Below, one piece after another: positions 39,511 to 49,156 of a stretch of DNA of 64,000 nt. The notes below the pieces were generated by a model. That model was not told the DNA's origin. It saw only the letters and a list, made by a program, of their open reading frames with translations, and did no database searches. Positions within the stretch are counted from its first letter, which is position 1. Each line of letters starts with the position of its first letter. Origin of the DNA: a virus (lineage: Duplodnaviria; Caudoviricetes); the IMG/VR virus record IMGVR_UViG_3300022661_000051. One strand, written 5' to 3'. Made by a program: the position numbers and the translations under genes.

Positions 39511-40161
39511 TTATAATATTCGAATACCCTCTTTGCGGTCATATACATCGATAGTACCGACACGATTAGAAGGGTATAATACTCGAGCTATAGCAGGGTT
39601 TGGTATATAGTCGCCCTCTGGGGCTTTAAAAAGGCTATACATATATTTCAAGATAAATATATGCTTACCTTCAAATTTTCCATTAAACACAAAGACTCTA
39701 ATGATGTTCTTTAAAAAGAATACATCATAGTCTTTAGGATTAATGGTATCATGTTTTTGAACAGTTGTATTGATATTGGGATTGTATAATTTTATGATAG
39801 ATGCTTCTCTATCGTTAGAGCACAATACCGTAACATCAATGTCACTTTTTGTTCGATAGATTTCGATAACCTTCATAATTCCAGTTGGAGAGTGATTATC
39901 AAGAATCTCATCATACTTAGTTTCAACAAGCTCTTTATATATAGAATCGGCGAGAGACTTATCCTCTATACAAATAGACAAAGGATTTTCTACTTGACGA
40001 TTAATAAGGGCTTGTTTTACTTCTTTGAGCGTAAGATTCATAACATCCTGATTTATATATGTAGGATTGTTATATTTTTCTTGGACGAGTTTAAGTAGGG
40101 CCAGGTCCATGTCTATAACAGCATCAAACTCGACCAGCATTTTAATATGATTGCTGCCCAT
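39511..40161 (-). CDS. degenerate HAD-fold-like protein
   Basis: N-terminal LVEFDAVIDMD resembles an altered HAD DxD motif. Confidence 0.4.
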   Translation of the reverse strand: MGSNHIKMLVEFDAVIDMDLALLKLVQEKYNNPTYINQDVMNLTLKEVKQALINRQVENPLSICIEDKSLADSIYKELVETKYDEILDNHSPTGIMKVIEIYRTKSDIDVTVLCSNDREASIIKLYNPNINTTVQKHDTINPKDYDVFFLKNIIRVFVFNGKFEGKHIFILKYMYSLFKAPEGDYIPNPAIARVLYPSNRVGTIDVYDRKEGIRIL

Positions 40162-40216
40162 AACTCCCTCCTAAGCAAAAAAATAAGGGAGAGTTAACCT
40201 CCCCCTTTATATAGTA

Positions 40217-41035
40217 TTAACCGACATCGGAAAGATCGTCGATTAATTCATTGTAGTTCTCATAATCACTTCCCTGAACGTTGTTATTGTTAAGAGATGA
40301 TGAAGATGAGCCGTTATTATTCCAGAATGATGACGCATTACTCTTTGGAGCGTTACCATAGGATTTATTAGTCTCGATACCAAGACTCTCCTGGATCGAT
40401 GTGAGTTTACTCTTGATTGAGTTAATATCGTAATGCATAGCTTCTGCAACAGAACCAGCAATAGCATTATTTGCAGAAGATACATAACTTGCAAGAGTTT
40501 TGATAAACATATCGAGTTCGATAGTATCTGCATAATCATAATTTTTCTGGAAATTTGTTCCTCCATTGTAATCTGTAATACCGAAATATCCAGATTTTCC
40601 GAATTCGTATGCGATACTACTTGTAACATTACCAGACTCGTCTACAAGTTTAACAACGATAAATGCTGTATCTTCTGTCATGTTGAATTCGGACTTGCCG
40701 TTTGTGATGTAAATAATACCCTTATTTGTAGTTACGCCGGAATTGGCATAAAGAGAAGGGTCTTTCTTAAACGCCTCAACATACAGCAGAAAAAGTAATG
40801 CCTTAATTGGTGAGAGATAAATCTCCGTAACGTTATCTCTGTCAATCTCTGGAGATGATCCCTGCGCCACCTTTATAGGCGAAAGAGAAATCTTCATAAG
40901 ACCTCTCCAATAAGAAAAACTCATTGCTGAAGGGTCTACCTTCGAATCAGGATTGAAAAACCTTACCTGAGAATATGTCTCCGGTGAGTAGTTTTTCTTC
41001 TGTGATGATTTGTTACTGTAGGTTCCGAGTGCCAT
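40217..41035 (-). CDS. putative single-stranded DNA-binding protein
   Basis: Beta-rich core, Asn/Ser linker, acidic tip (ELIDDLSDVG); early motif at 41091-41098. Confidence 0.4.
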   Translation of the reverse strand: MALGTYSNKSSQKKNYSPETYSQVRFFNPDSKVDPSAMSFSYWRGLMKISLSPIKVAQGSSPEIDRDNVTEIYLSPIKALLFLLYVEAFKKDPSLYANSGVTTNKGIIYITNGKSEFNMTEDTAFIVVKLVDESGNVTSSIAYEFGKSGYFGITDYNGGTNFQKNYDYADTIELDMFIKTLASYVSSANNAIAGSVAEAMHYDINSIKSKLTSIQESLGIETNKSYGNAPKSNASSFWNNNGSSSSSLNNNNVQGSDYENYNELIDDLSDVG

Positions 41036-41144
41036 TTTAGTTTCCTCCTATAAAATAAATATTTCAATAGACAACTAGTCTATCATATGTATAATATACA
41101 ATCCAATAACCATTTAATGGATTTATTCAATTGTTGCCAGAGCT

Positions 41145-41933
41145 TTAGTTTACTACTCTTAACAATATAGGGATCGGAGTTCTGAAGTTTTCGTCTTGCG
41201 CGATAATTGGGTGCGTTATCCATTTATACCCATATGCTGTCAATTTTTTGCCTTTAACTACAGAACGTATATTTCTTTCCGCTGTTTCTTGAGTTCCTTG
41301 AGCAACGCGGTGATACATGAGAAATCTAGCTGCATCAGCAAAAGAGTAAAATCCCATAATGATTTGGTTCGTATTTATATCTAATGCATATACATGAACA
41401 GATTGTACATGCTTAGAATCTCTAATATAAGTACATTCACTATTATTTATTATAGCTCTAGCGGTTTCTCGACTTATTCCAATTTCTTTTTCGATATCTC
41501 TTGTACTCATTCCTGACATGTATAAAGACTCGACCTGATTCAAAATATCGATATTGGATACAATAGACTTTCCTCCGATCATTTTATTACATCCAAATGG
41601 AACTAGAGTATTATATCTTTTAATATATTCTCTCTCAAGTTGATCTCCCTCTTGTTGATCATATGTCGTAGCAATTTCAAAAATTTTAAAATTATTAAAA
41701 TTAGGGTCGTTGTCCATTTGACTTTTATTTCTCATATATACTGCCATAGGAGTATAGTAATGTCGATCTTCAGAAATGTCTATTTTTTTAGAATTAGCTG
41801 CTCTGACGCAATGATAATACATTCTATGCGATAGCGTATTAGTTGTTTGACCAACATAAATGCATCTGTTTTCAGGTATATATAAGATACCATAAATTGT
41901 ATATATAGTATTGTCATTATTATTCATAATCAC
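41145..41933 (-). mobile_element. free-standing GIY-YIG homing endonuclease with HTH and NUMOD1-like C-terminus
   Basis: YTIYGI..IYVGQT..R, EREYIKRYNT..GCN, FYSFADAAR..NIRSVVKGKKLTAYGYKW. Confidence 0.88.
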
Positions 41934-42013
41934 ACCTCCGATAATTTAATAACAAGCGTTTGTATCGAACTTTTTAATAAAATCTAAAATCTCTAGAAAG
42001 GAGAATTATTGAT

Positions 42014-42589
42014 ATGAAAGCTACATTAGGTATTCGTGAGATAAACGATATCGTTGATAATAAGGATATAGAATATCCCTCTAATATTGTACCTCCAGCA
42101 TCTCCTATAAATAATATACAGCAGCAGAGACGATATATTCCATTAGTAGATTCACTGATGAATCGACAGCGTCAACAAAATGCAGTATATGCAAACCCTT
42201 CTGGGCTAACAAGCGAACAAATGGTCGATCCGGCCACAGGCCAGATCGTTACTGTATTTTTTCAAATGAATACAAAAAACCAAAGCTTCTTAGATATGCA
42301 TTATTATCTTAAAGCTAAAGGTATAAGGAATAACAAATTTCATCTCCTATTATTTGATCAGGATTTGGCTATGGTGGATCCCTATGATCCTGGATTACCT
42401 TTATATCTCAAACAAAAGATCTTTGTCGAATGTCAAAGAAACTTTTTCTATTATATAAGAGAAGTAGTTAGAGTACAAAGCCAGGGTGGACCTTATGTAA
42501 GATATAAGCTCGACCCAGGAAACTTAGCTCTAAACTTCTGTTTCACATTAAACCTCAATATATACGAGGAGCAACCACGTCAGACAGGT
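42014..42589 (+). CDS. terL: terminase large subunit, exon 1
   Basis: ECQRNFFYYIREVVRV, ends in Walker A PRQTG; late-type motif at 41968-41980. Confidence 0.88.
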
Positions 42590-43047
42590 TGTCAAGGCTG
42601 TTCTCTCTTTTATAATAAAGTTATATAATTATCGGATAAAATGATCGTATTTTCGTTTCGACTATAATATAAATCTCGATAGAACAACCTTTTCATGACA
42701 GACCTAGTATAATAGAAATATTATACCGTAACTGGGCAATATCGGTGGAGTCTTCCTAGTACAATACTAGATGATGGTACCGAGATAACTATTGGTTTAA
42801 CAAACCTTTAGTATCGTAACGCGTAGGGATTGAAACTCAAAACCAGAGAATATAATATCCCCAAGAGTGTCCGGCACGTAATATGATTAGTATTACTATA
42901 TAGGTATCGTGGACCTATATACCTAACGTTATACGAGGGTGGAAATGTACGCTGAGCTGGTCTGAATTAACAGACGTATCTCTAATAATTAGAGTATGGG
43001 CGAAAGCTCCAGAAGTATAGATAAAAAGCTATACGATAACATAACTG
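42590..43047 (+). mobile_element. ORF-less group I intron (458 nt) in terL
   Basis: Exon ends in U, intron ends in G; removal restores PRQTG|KTVG. P3 CTGGGCA(42732)/TGTCCGG(42868), P4 TCGGT/ACCGA, P7 GCGTA(42821)/TACGC(42948), GNRA-capped GGGCGAAAGCTC. Confidence 0.9.
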
Positions 43048-44805
43048 AAGACTGTGGGAACTGAAGTTTGGTATTCATGGGTATATAACTTCGGTTCTAG
43101 AAATGCTAATATGATATTCTTAAATAAGAAGCATGACGACTCTAAGAGAAACTTAAATGATTTAAAACAGTTGATTCAAGCATTACCTTCTTATTTAAGA
43201 TTCGACCAGGCTTTTGGTGTAGATGGTAAGAAATTAAAAGCTAGAAATACTGTACAGTATATTCAGCATAAGATAAATTTCAATAAAATTGAAGCGTTAC
43301 CAATGGCTACAACAAGAACTAGTGCTATATCTCTTCTTAGAGGTCGTACTATTACAAACTGTTGGATCGACGAGTCCGCGTTCTTTGCATACCTTGAAGA
43401 AAGTCTTCAGAACGGAATGCCTGCATTAACAAGAGCGTTTAAGAACTGTAGAGATAATGGTGCTCCTCACGGTTTATGTTTAACCTCTACACCTGGATTT
43501 ATATCTACTGAAGAGGGTAGATATATGTATGAGATGAAATGTAACATGACACCTTTCTCTGAATTGTGGTATGATAAATCTCTTAAAGAGATTGGTGACA
43601 TACTGAATTCTAATGAAAAGTCTGTATTCGTTTATATAAGATCTACATATCAACAGCTCGGTTATTCTGAACAGTGGTTAAAAGATCGTATCAGAGAACA
43701 AGGACAGAAATGGGCCGATATCCGTCGAGAGTTCTTATTGGAATGGGCTACAAGTGCAGAGAATTGTCCATTTACTCAGGAACAGCTTCTAAATGTATCT
43801 AAGTTTGTGCGTCAGCCTAAGAAACAGATTTATATCGGAAACTTCTTGTTTAACTTATATGAAGAATACGATCCTAGAATAATCCCACTTATCGGAGTCG
43901 ACGTAGCCGCTGGTTATAGCAGAGACTCGTCTGCAATATCATGTGTAGACTCTACAACAACAAAATTATTCGCAGATTTCAATTGTAACTATATTAATCC
44001 TGTTGAATTGGGTAAGCTGATATACATGCTTGTTACAATGCATATGCCGAATGCGCTTGTTACGATTGAACGTAACGGTGTTGGTACAGGTTGTTTGGCG
44101 ACATTGATGAAGTCTAAGATAAAAAATAACTTGTACTTCGAAATCAAAGAGCGTTCTATTGAAGAACAACTTGGTGGCGGATTAAGAATTGGAAAGAAAA
44201 AACAATGGACTAGAGTTTATGGTCTTGACAATACTAAGAACGTAAGAGAGCAGTTAATGGATCTATTAGAATCTAGAGTAGAAGATCATTACGATAAATT
44301 CATATCCCCTGTAATTTTAGAAGAGTTGAAGAATCTTGAAGTTAAGAAGAATGGAAAGATTGATCACTCGGCTAATAGCCACGATGACGCCACTTTCTCA
44401 TATCTTCTTGCATTGTATCCATTATATTATGGAAAGAATATTCGAGAGAATTGGAATATCAAAGTTCCAACTCTAACCACTGCAAGAGAAGAAGCTGAAG
44501 AAATCTTCACTGATTTAGAAGCTACAGACAGTTTCAATGTAGTACCTGAAATTGAATTTGCTGATGATGATATGGTTTCTGATCAGCTCAAAAAAATAAA
44601 CGATGGTACGAAGTTATATAAAGAATTCCTCGACCAGCAGAATGCTGAAAATGATGAGGCTATGAAACAGCTATTATCTACAAGACTCGGTCAAATGGCA
44701 TATGCTCAGAAGTGGAATGTCCCATTAGAATCTTTACAAGATAATAACTCTCAATATGATATGACTGCTGCAATAAACAGCTTCTATTCAGAACAGAATT
44801 ACTAA
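43048..44805 (+). CDS. terL: terminase large subunit, exon 2
   Basis: KT completes Walker A; Walker B CWIDES, LTSTPG, nuclease IGVDVAAG and HDDA; spliced product 777 aa. Confidence 0.92.
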   Translation, partial: KTVGTEVWYSWVYNFGSRNANMIFLNKKHDDSKRNLNDLKQLIQALPSYLRFDQAFGVDGKKLKARNTVQYIQHKINFNKIEALPMATTRTSAISLLRGRTITNCWIDESAFFAYLEESLQNGMPALTRAFKNCRDNGAPHGLCLTSTPGFISTEEGRYMYEMKCNMTPFSELWYDKSLKEIGDILNSNEKSVFVYIRSTYQQLGYSEQWLKDRIREQGQKWADIRREFLLEWATSAENCPFTQEQLLNVSKFVRQPKKQIYIGNFLFNLYEEYDPRIIPLIGVDVAAGYSRDSSAISCVDSTTTKLFADFNCNYINPVELGKLIYMLVTMHMPNALVTIERNGVGTGCLATLMKSKIKNNLYFEIKERSIEEQLGGGLRIGKKKQWTRVYGLDNTKNVREQLMDLLESRVEDHYDKFISPVILEELKNLEVKKNGKIDHSANSHDDATFSYLLALYPLYYGKNIRENWNIKVPTLTTAREEAEEIFTDLEATDSFNVVPEIEFADDDMVSDQLKKINDGTKLYKEFLDQQNAENDEAMKQLLSTRLGQMAYAQKWNVPLESLQDNNSQYDMTAAINSFYSEQNY

Positions 44806-44841
44806 AAAATAAACCCCAGGGTGTGATCCCTGGGGTTGTTT

Positions 44842-45783
44842 TTATGCATTCTTTAATCTTTCGATAAAGTTTTTTCGAGTTTGCTGATGATTTGTGTCAT
44901 TAAATATCTCTAACATATATTCATTGATGCGAGAAGATGCTGCATAGATATTCTCAAAGATATTTTCTTTAAATTCGAATTTAGTAACATCTGAAGCGAA
45001 TTTAACATCACAGATGATATCGCCTACATTGAATATATTATTGTTTCCTACTAACGCTATAAACAGTATATAGTAACCTTTGTCGATATTATTATCTAAG
45101 CTTAAATTTGCTATGTTAGGTACTATATATGCAAATACATGTTCATATCTATCTTTAATTATAACTTTATTTCTAAATAAAGAGTGTTTGAAAAATTCGA
45201 TCAAAGATACAGAACAATCTTTGGCAAATGCACTATCAATAATATCAATATCAGGATATTGATCCAAATGAAATATAATTGGAGGTTTTCCTGGTAAAGT
45301 TAGCTCCATAACCAATCCGCCGTTAGATGATGTTTTATTGTCGCGAGAATCATTATCTGCAATGATTTTGTCTATATCAAATTCCGGGTTATTGTATAAT
45401 CTATAATAATTAAATATTAATTTTATAGTACTTGGAGTTGCTTTATGGAACGTTTTTCGACCATCAGATTCTCTGTAGATTCGTTCGAGCAGATCGATCG
45501 CATTCTTTAAATTTTCTTTATTATCTTCGATGATTACATTACCATCATCGATGATTTTTAGCCATGCGGTTCTTGATCTACAATAATTATTTTCTATAAT
45601 ACATTTCATATCAAATGCAACCGATTCATTTTCTTTATCATCAAATGCGAATGCCTTGAAATTAGTTTTCTGCCCAATGAATTCTTGATCGCACATTAAG
45701 TTTTCGATTAAATCTGCATACATATACAAGACATCGAGATCAAATTTTTCATAATTGATATCTGTTCTATTTGTCTTTTTCAT
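44842..45783 (-). CDS. hypothetical protein
   Basis: Likely start ATG 45783 after AAGGAG; coupled to the upstream RelE-like gene. Confidence 0.65.
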   Translation of the reverse strand: MKKTNRTDINYEKFDLDVLYMYADLIENLMCDQEFIGQKTNFKAFAFDDKENESVAFDMKCIIENNYCRSRTAWLKIIDDGNVIIEDNKENLKNAIDLLERIYRESDGRKTFHKATPSTIKLIFNYYRLYNNPEFDIDKIIADNDSRDNKTSSNGGLVMELTLPGKPPIIFHLDQYPDIDIIDSAFAKDCSVSLIEFFKHSLFRNKVIIKDRYEHVFAYIVPNIANLSLDNNIDKGYYILFIALVGNNNIFNVGDIICDVKFASDVTKFEFKENIFENIYAASSRINEYMLEIFNDTNHQQTRKNFIERLKNA

Positions 45784-45784
45784 A

Positions 45785-46186
45785 TTACACAACTCCTTGT
45801 TTTTTGAACATTTCGATTTTTCTTTTAAAGATATCCTTATACTCTGCACTATAGGATCTGCTTACAGTATGTAAGCGATTCTTTATATAGTACGACAGCA
45901 TAGTGATATCGTTATTTTCTTCAGAGACCATATATAAGATTCTTAGCTGGACTCCGACTTTTGTTTTATATACATAGTAATCTTTATCGATTATATTATG
46001 TATTAAAACATCATCATTGAAAATAGTCTTAATATTTAGACCGTCATCAACGTACTTTTGGTATCGATCTCTTAATCGATCTAAAGCTGTTAGGATAGCC
46101 TTCTGCACCGTCTTTTCTTCTTTCTTAAGAGAACGACGATCGAATATAAAAACTTTAATCCTCCTTTTCTTCTTAAAGTTTAACAT
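45785..46186 (-). CDS. RelE/ParE-superfamily-like protein
   Basis: Basic 133 aa; YVYKTKVGVQLRILYMV..DITMLSYYIK; early motif at 46232-46239. Confidence 0.45.
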   Translation of the reverse strand: MLNFKKKRRIKVFIFDRRSLKKEEKTVQKAILTALDRLRDRYQKYVDDGLNIKTIFNDDVLIHNIIDKDYYVYKTKVGVQLRILYMVSEENNDITMLSYYIKNRLHTVSRSYSAEYKDIFKRKIEMFKKQGVV

Positions 46187-46265
46187 AGTAACACCTCCTT
46201 TGAATTATATTTGTGCCATTGTTACACTAAAATAATATACAATTAACAAATTTTTTAACGAAAAA

Positions 46266-46291
46266 GACGGGTAGGGATTAACCCTACCCGT
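46266..46291 (-). terminator. intrinsic terminator after Tad1
   Basis: ACGGGTAGGG-attaa-CCCTACCCGT then CTTTTT on the minus strand. Confidence 0.8.
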
Positions 46292-46295
46292 TATT

Positions 46296-46664
46296 TTACT
46301 TCTGATATGTTCCAAGTACATTTCTCTCAATTCTGTCTTCAACACGACGATTGAGATACATAAGAGCAAGTTCGATATGTCCAAGCGCCTTTGCATTATA
46401 CTCTGAAGCAAAAGGTCCACTCTGGAATGAAGTTATTCTGTCACGAACGATCTCGAGAAGATCCCCGTCAAGAACGCCAGGAATGCTATCCGCAGATTTA
46501 CGAGGACCGTTCTGAAACTGAACATTGAGAAGAACCTCGCCTGTTTCGGAATTTACAATATCATAATTATGATGAGCTGTGCCAGGACCCAGCACATCCG
46601 TTGAGTACACTCTGTTGAGATTTTCTCTCTTCTGAATTGTTGAAAGTTTTCTTGCGTTTTCTAT
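46296..46664 (-). CDS. tad1: Thoeris anti-defence 1 (Tad1) immune-signal sponge
   Basis: LSTIQKRE, GPG.AHH.Y, FQ.GPRK, DLLEIVRDR..SFQ.GPF, NRRVEDRIERNVLG closely match clostridial Tad1 as I recall it; the AAGGAGG SD is followed by ATT/ATA rather than ATG. Confidence 0.88.
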   Translation of the reverse strand: MENARKLSTIQKRENLNRVYSTDVLGPGTAHHNYDIVNSETGEVLLNVQFQNGPRKSADSIPGVLDGDLLEIVRDRITSFQSGPFASEYNAKALGHIELALMYLNRRVEDRIERNVLGTYQK

Positions 46665-46665
46665 T

Positions 46666-47095
46666 TTAATTTTCCTCCTTAAAAAGAAATTCTTTTATTA
46701 ATCGTTCAAGTCCATCCTTTGGTGTAGCACCATCGAATACAGGAGCTTGACTTCTCTCAGGTAAGTTCTTAAATAAACGCCAGTATGATTTATCGATATG
46801 ATAACATACCCATCCGTCTTCCGTAAGAATACCTGCGATAAACATGTCTTTAAACATAGTACCGTCAGAATGTTTCGTTGACCAAAAAAACACGTTCTTC
46901 ATGTAAAGAATGCATTACACTACACAAACTAGCGAACAATACCGTTCTGTGTTCGTATAATTCATCAAATGTATGATATCCATCTGAAATATGTCCCAGA
47001 TTGAAAGATCCATCCGAGTTATATTTGTCTCCACAGATTGTCATCTGCCATGGTTCGCGTTTATTTTTTGGATCTTTTTGTGTGAATATGCCCAT
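46666..47095 (-). pseudogene. WDGH-family protein interrupted by one extra base in a T7 tract
   Basis: SDGYHTFDELYEHR..LF | WSTKHSDGTMF..FIAGI..YH..W..F..APVFDGAT..ERL; deleting one A at 46884-46890 gives one 142-aa ORF. Confidence 0.8.
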
Positions 47096-47118
47096 TAGCA
47101 ACCTCCAATATATTTATT

Positions 47119-47520
47119 TTATCTGAACTGCTCGATTTTTCTTACATCTTCGAATACAGTATTATCGTAACAAGTTACAGATCTGATGTCAGAAATATTT
47201 ATTGTTACGACCTTAGAATGTTCTGTTTCAGAGCAGTCAAGTTTTAATGTATCAACTACCCAGAAGTCCTGAACGTTTCCGTCGATATCAAAGTTTACAA
47301 AAGATCTAGCATCGGGCTTGTTCGCCATAGTAAATCCTGTAATTTTACAATCGTAAGTAAGCAATCCCTTAGACTGATCGAATACTACAATTTTATATGA
47401 TTTCGAAGAGTCTATTGGTATGATAGACTCTTCTACTCCGTTTTCTCCCTGGTTCTTTACGACAAGACGCATAGCAAAATACGCCTCGCCGTTACATTCT
47501 AAGAATGTTGTTGCTGACAT
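47119..47520 (-). CDS. hypothetical protein, Sm-like fold candidate (paralog of 55635 and 56248)
   Basis: KITGF..LKLDCSETEHSKVVTINISDIRSV; late-type motif at 47548-47560. Confidence 0.55.
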   Translation of the reverse strand: MSATTFLECNGEAYFAMRLVVKNQGENGVEESIIPIDSSKSYKIVVFDQSKGLLTYDCKITGFTMANKPDARSFVNFDIDGNVQDFWVVDTLKLDCSETEHSKVVTINISDIRSVTCYDNTVFEDVRKIEQFR

Positions 47521-47568
47521 AGTATAACCACCTTTCTAATTAATAAATTATAAGATAGTTAACCCACG

Positions 47569-49134
47569 TTATCTTCTCTTATTTTTCTTCTTGCCCTTCT
47601 TCTGAGGCTTTTCAGCATTTACCTTTTCAATATAATTTTCCATCTCGATCATGATTCTATAAATAGATTCACAAAGAGTATTTGTGATAGATGACTGTTT
47701 TGCGGTCATATTGATATTAGCAAATGCACGAATTGTGAAGTATGCATATACATGAGCATCTACAGTATCGCTCTCATTAATAGCTACCATGATAGAATTA
47801 CCTACCAGAACTGCAAGTGATCTTGCTCCGACCTCACTATAACCAAGTCTGTTCATAAGAGGAATAACAATAGTATCGATAGACTTAACCTTAGGATTGA
47901 TATGAGAAACCTTTTCGTCAAATATCAGTCGATATTTAGTCCAAGAATCTCTCGCTTCCTTATAAGCCTTGTTAAGAAGGCTAGGACGCTTCATAAACGT
48001 ATCAAATACCCTTTCAAGAGTATATGATGCACGGAAACTCATTGAGATGTTTTCGAGCTGTTTAGCCTTCTCAGGATCTTCCTCTTCAACCTTCTTAGCG
48101 AGCTCAAGCATCTTATCCTCGAACTTTTCCTTAAGTTCATCGTTATAAGAGTCGATAACAAAGCCAGGCATATTATCAAGACCGGCAGTAATATTACCGA
48201 GTTCGGTCTGGAAATCTGTAAACTCCTTATCCAGATAAGCATCAGAGATAAGGTCATTGATGAAGTTTTTAGCGAAGAAATTAATGATCGATCTATCCTG
48301 AACGCCGTTCTCGATAGCAGCCTTATTAATCTCTGCCTGAATAATGGGCGGAAGTTCACTATATACATTAAACTTCTCTCCAGCTTTATATCTCTTTATT
48401 ACATCGAGAAGCTTCATTACATCATCGGCGTCAATATTAGACCCAATGTTTTTCTTGAGTTTTGACGCTATTTCTTCATCTGCAACTTCAAGAGTAGCTG
48501 CAGGAACGTCGTTGAGATTGTCGATAGTTTCCTGAGTACGGCCTTCTGAGTCTACATATCCAGATTCAGCAGTTTCCTGAACATTATCTTCAGTAATGTT
48601 ATTAACGTCCTCTGCTTCTTCCTGAAATGTAGGTGTTTCGTTTTCGATCATATTAGTTTCCTCCTCCTGAACAACATGCGCTGATGCGTTATTGATTCTC
48701 TGATCAACGATTTCCATATCTCTCATGATTTCTTCCTCCATACTTTCCATAATATCATCGCCCTGAATTTTAGGGCGCATCTGTTCATATCTGTTATATA
48801 TACCGTTAGCTTTGAGCATATTCATTTCTTCGATGCTGATATTAGGATTTTCTATCAGATCTTTGACGATTTCATTTTCAATATCCATCGCAGTTTTAGT
48901 TTCTTCAAGTTCGCTATTATAATATGGTGCTTCGTTCGGGATATTACCTGAATGGATATCATCCAATAACTTAGCATCGGGATTATCGTTACGAGCTTCA
49001 CATAACTTATCGATTAAATTATCGACGTCTTTGTCTGACATTGCAGAACCTCTTGCCTGGATCTCGAATAATGAGCGACCATACGAACCAACGTCAGTAT
49101 TGAGGGTATGTCCTCGCTGTCCTATAATTGCCAT
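47569..49134 (-). CDS. hypothetical protein (acidic N-half, helical C-half)
   Basis: 521 aa, SD, late operon. Confidence 0.7.
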   Translation of the reverse strand: MAIIGQRGHTLNTDVGSYGRSLFEIQARGSAMSDKDVDNLIDKLCEARNDNPDAKLLDDIHSGNIPNEAPYYNSELEETKTAMDIENEIVKDLIENPNISIEEMNMLKANGIYNRYEQMRPKIQGDDIMESMEEEIMRDMEIVDQRINNASAHVVQEEETNMIENETPTFQEEAEDVNNITEDNVQETAESGYVDSEGRTQETIDNLNDVPAATLEVADEEIASKLKKNIGSNIDADDVMKLLDVIKRYKAGEKFNVYSELPPIIQAEINKAAIENGVQDRSIINFFAKNFINDLISDAYLDKEFTDFQTELGNITAGLDNMPGFVIDSYNDELKEKFEDKMLELAKKVEEEDPEKAKQLENISMSFRASYTLERVFDTFMKRPSLLNKAYKEARDSWTKYRLIFDEKVSHINPKVKSIDTIVIPLMNRLGYSEVGARSLAVLVGNSIMVAINESDTVDAHVYAYFTIRAFANINMTAKQSSITNTLCESIYRIMIEMENYIEKVNAEKPQKKGKKKNKRR

Positions 49135-49156
49135 TTAGATTCCTCCTTAAAAATAA

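Noticed and set aside
42590-43047. Group II intron, or two separate terminase genes
   Set aside because: No GUGYG start, AY end or domain V; U|...G boundaries and P3/P4/P7 pairings fit group I, and splicing restores Walker A
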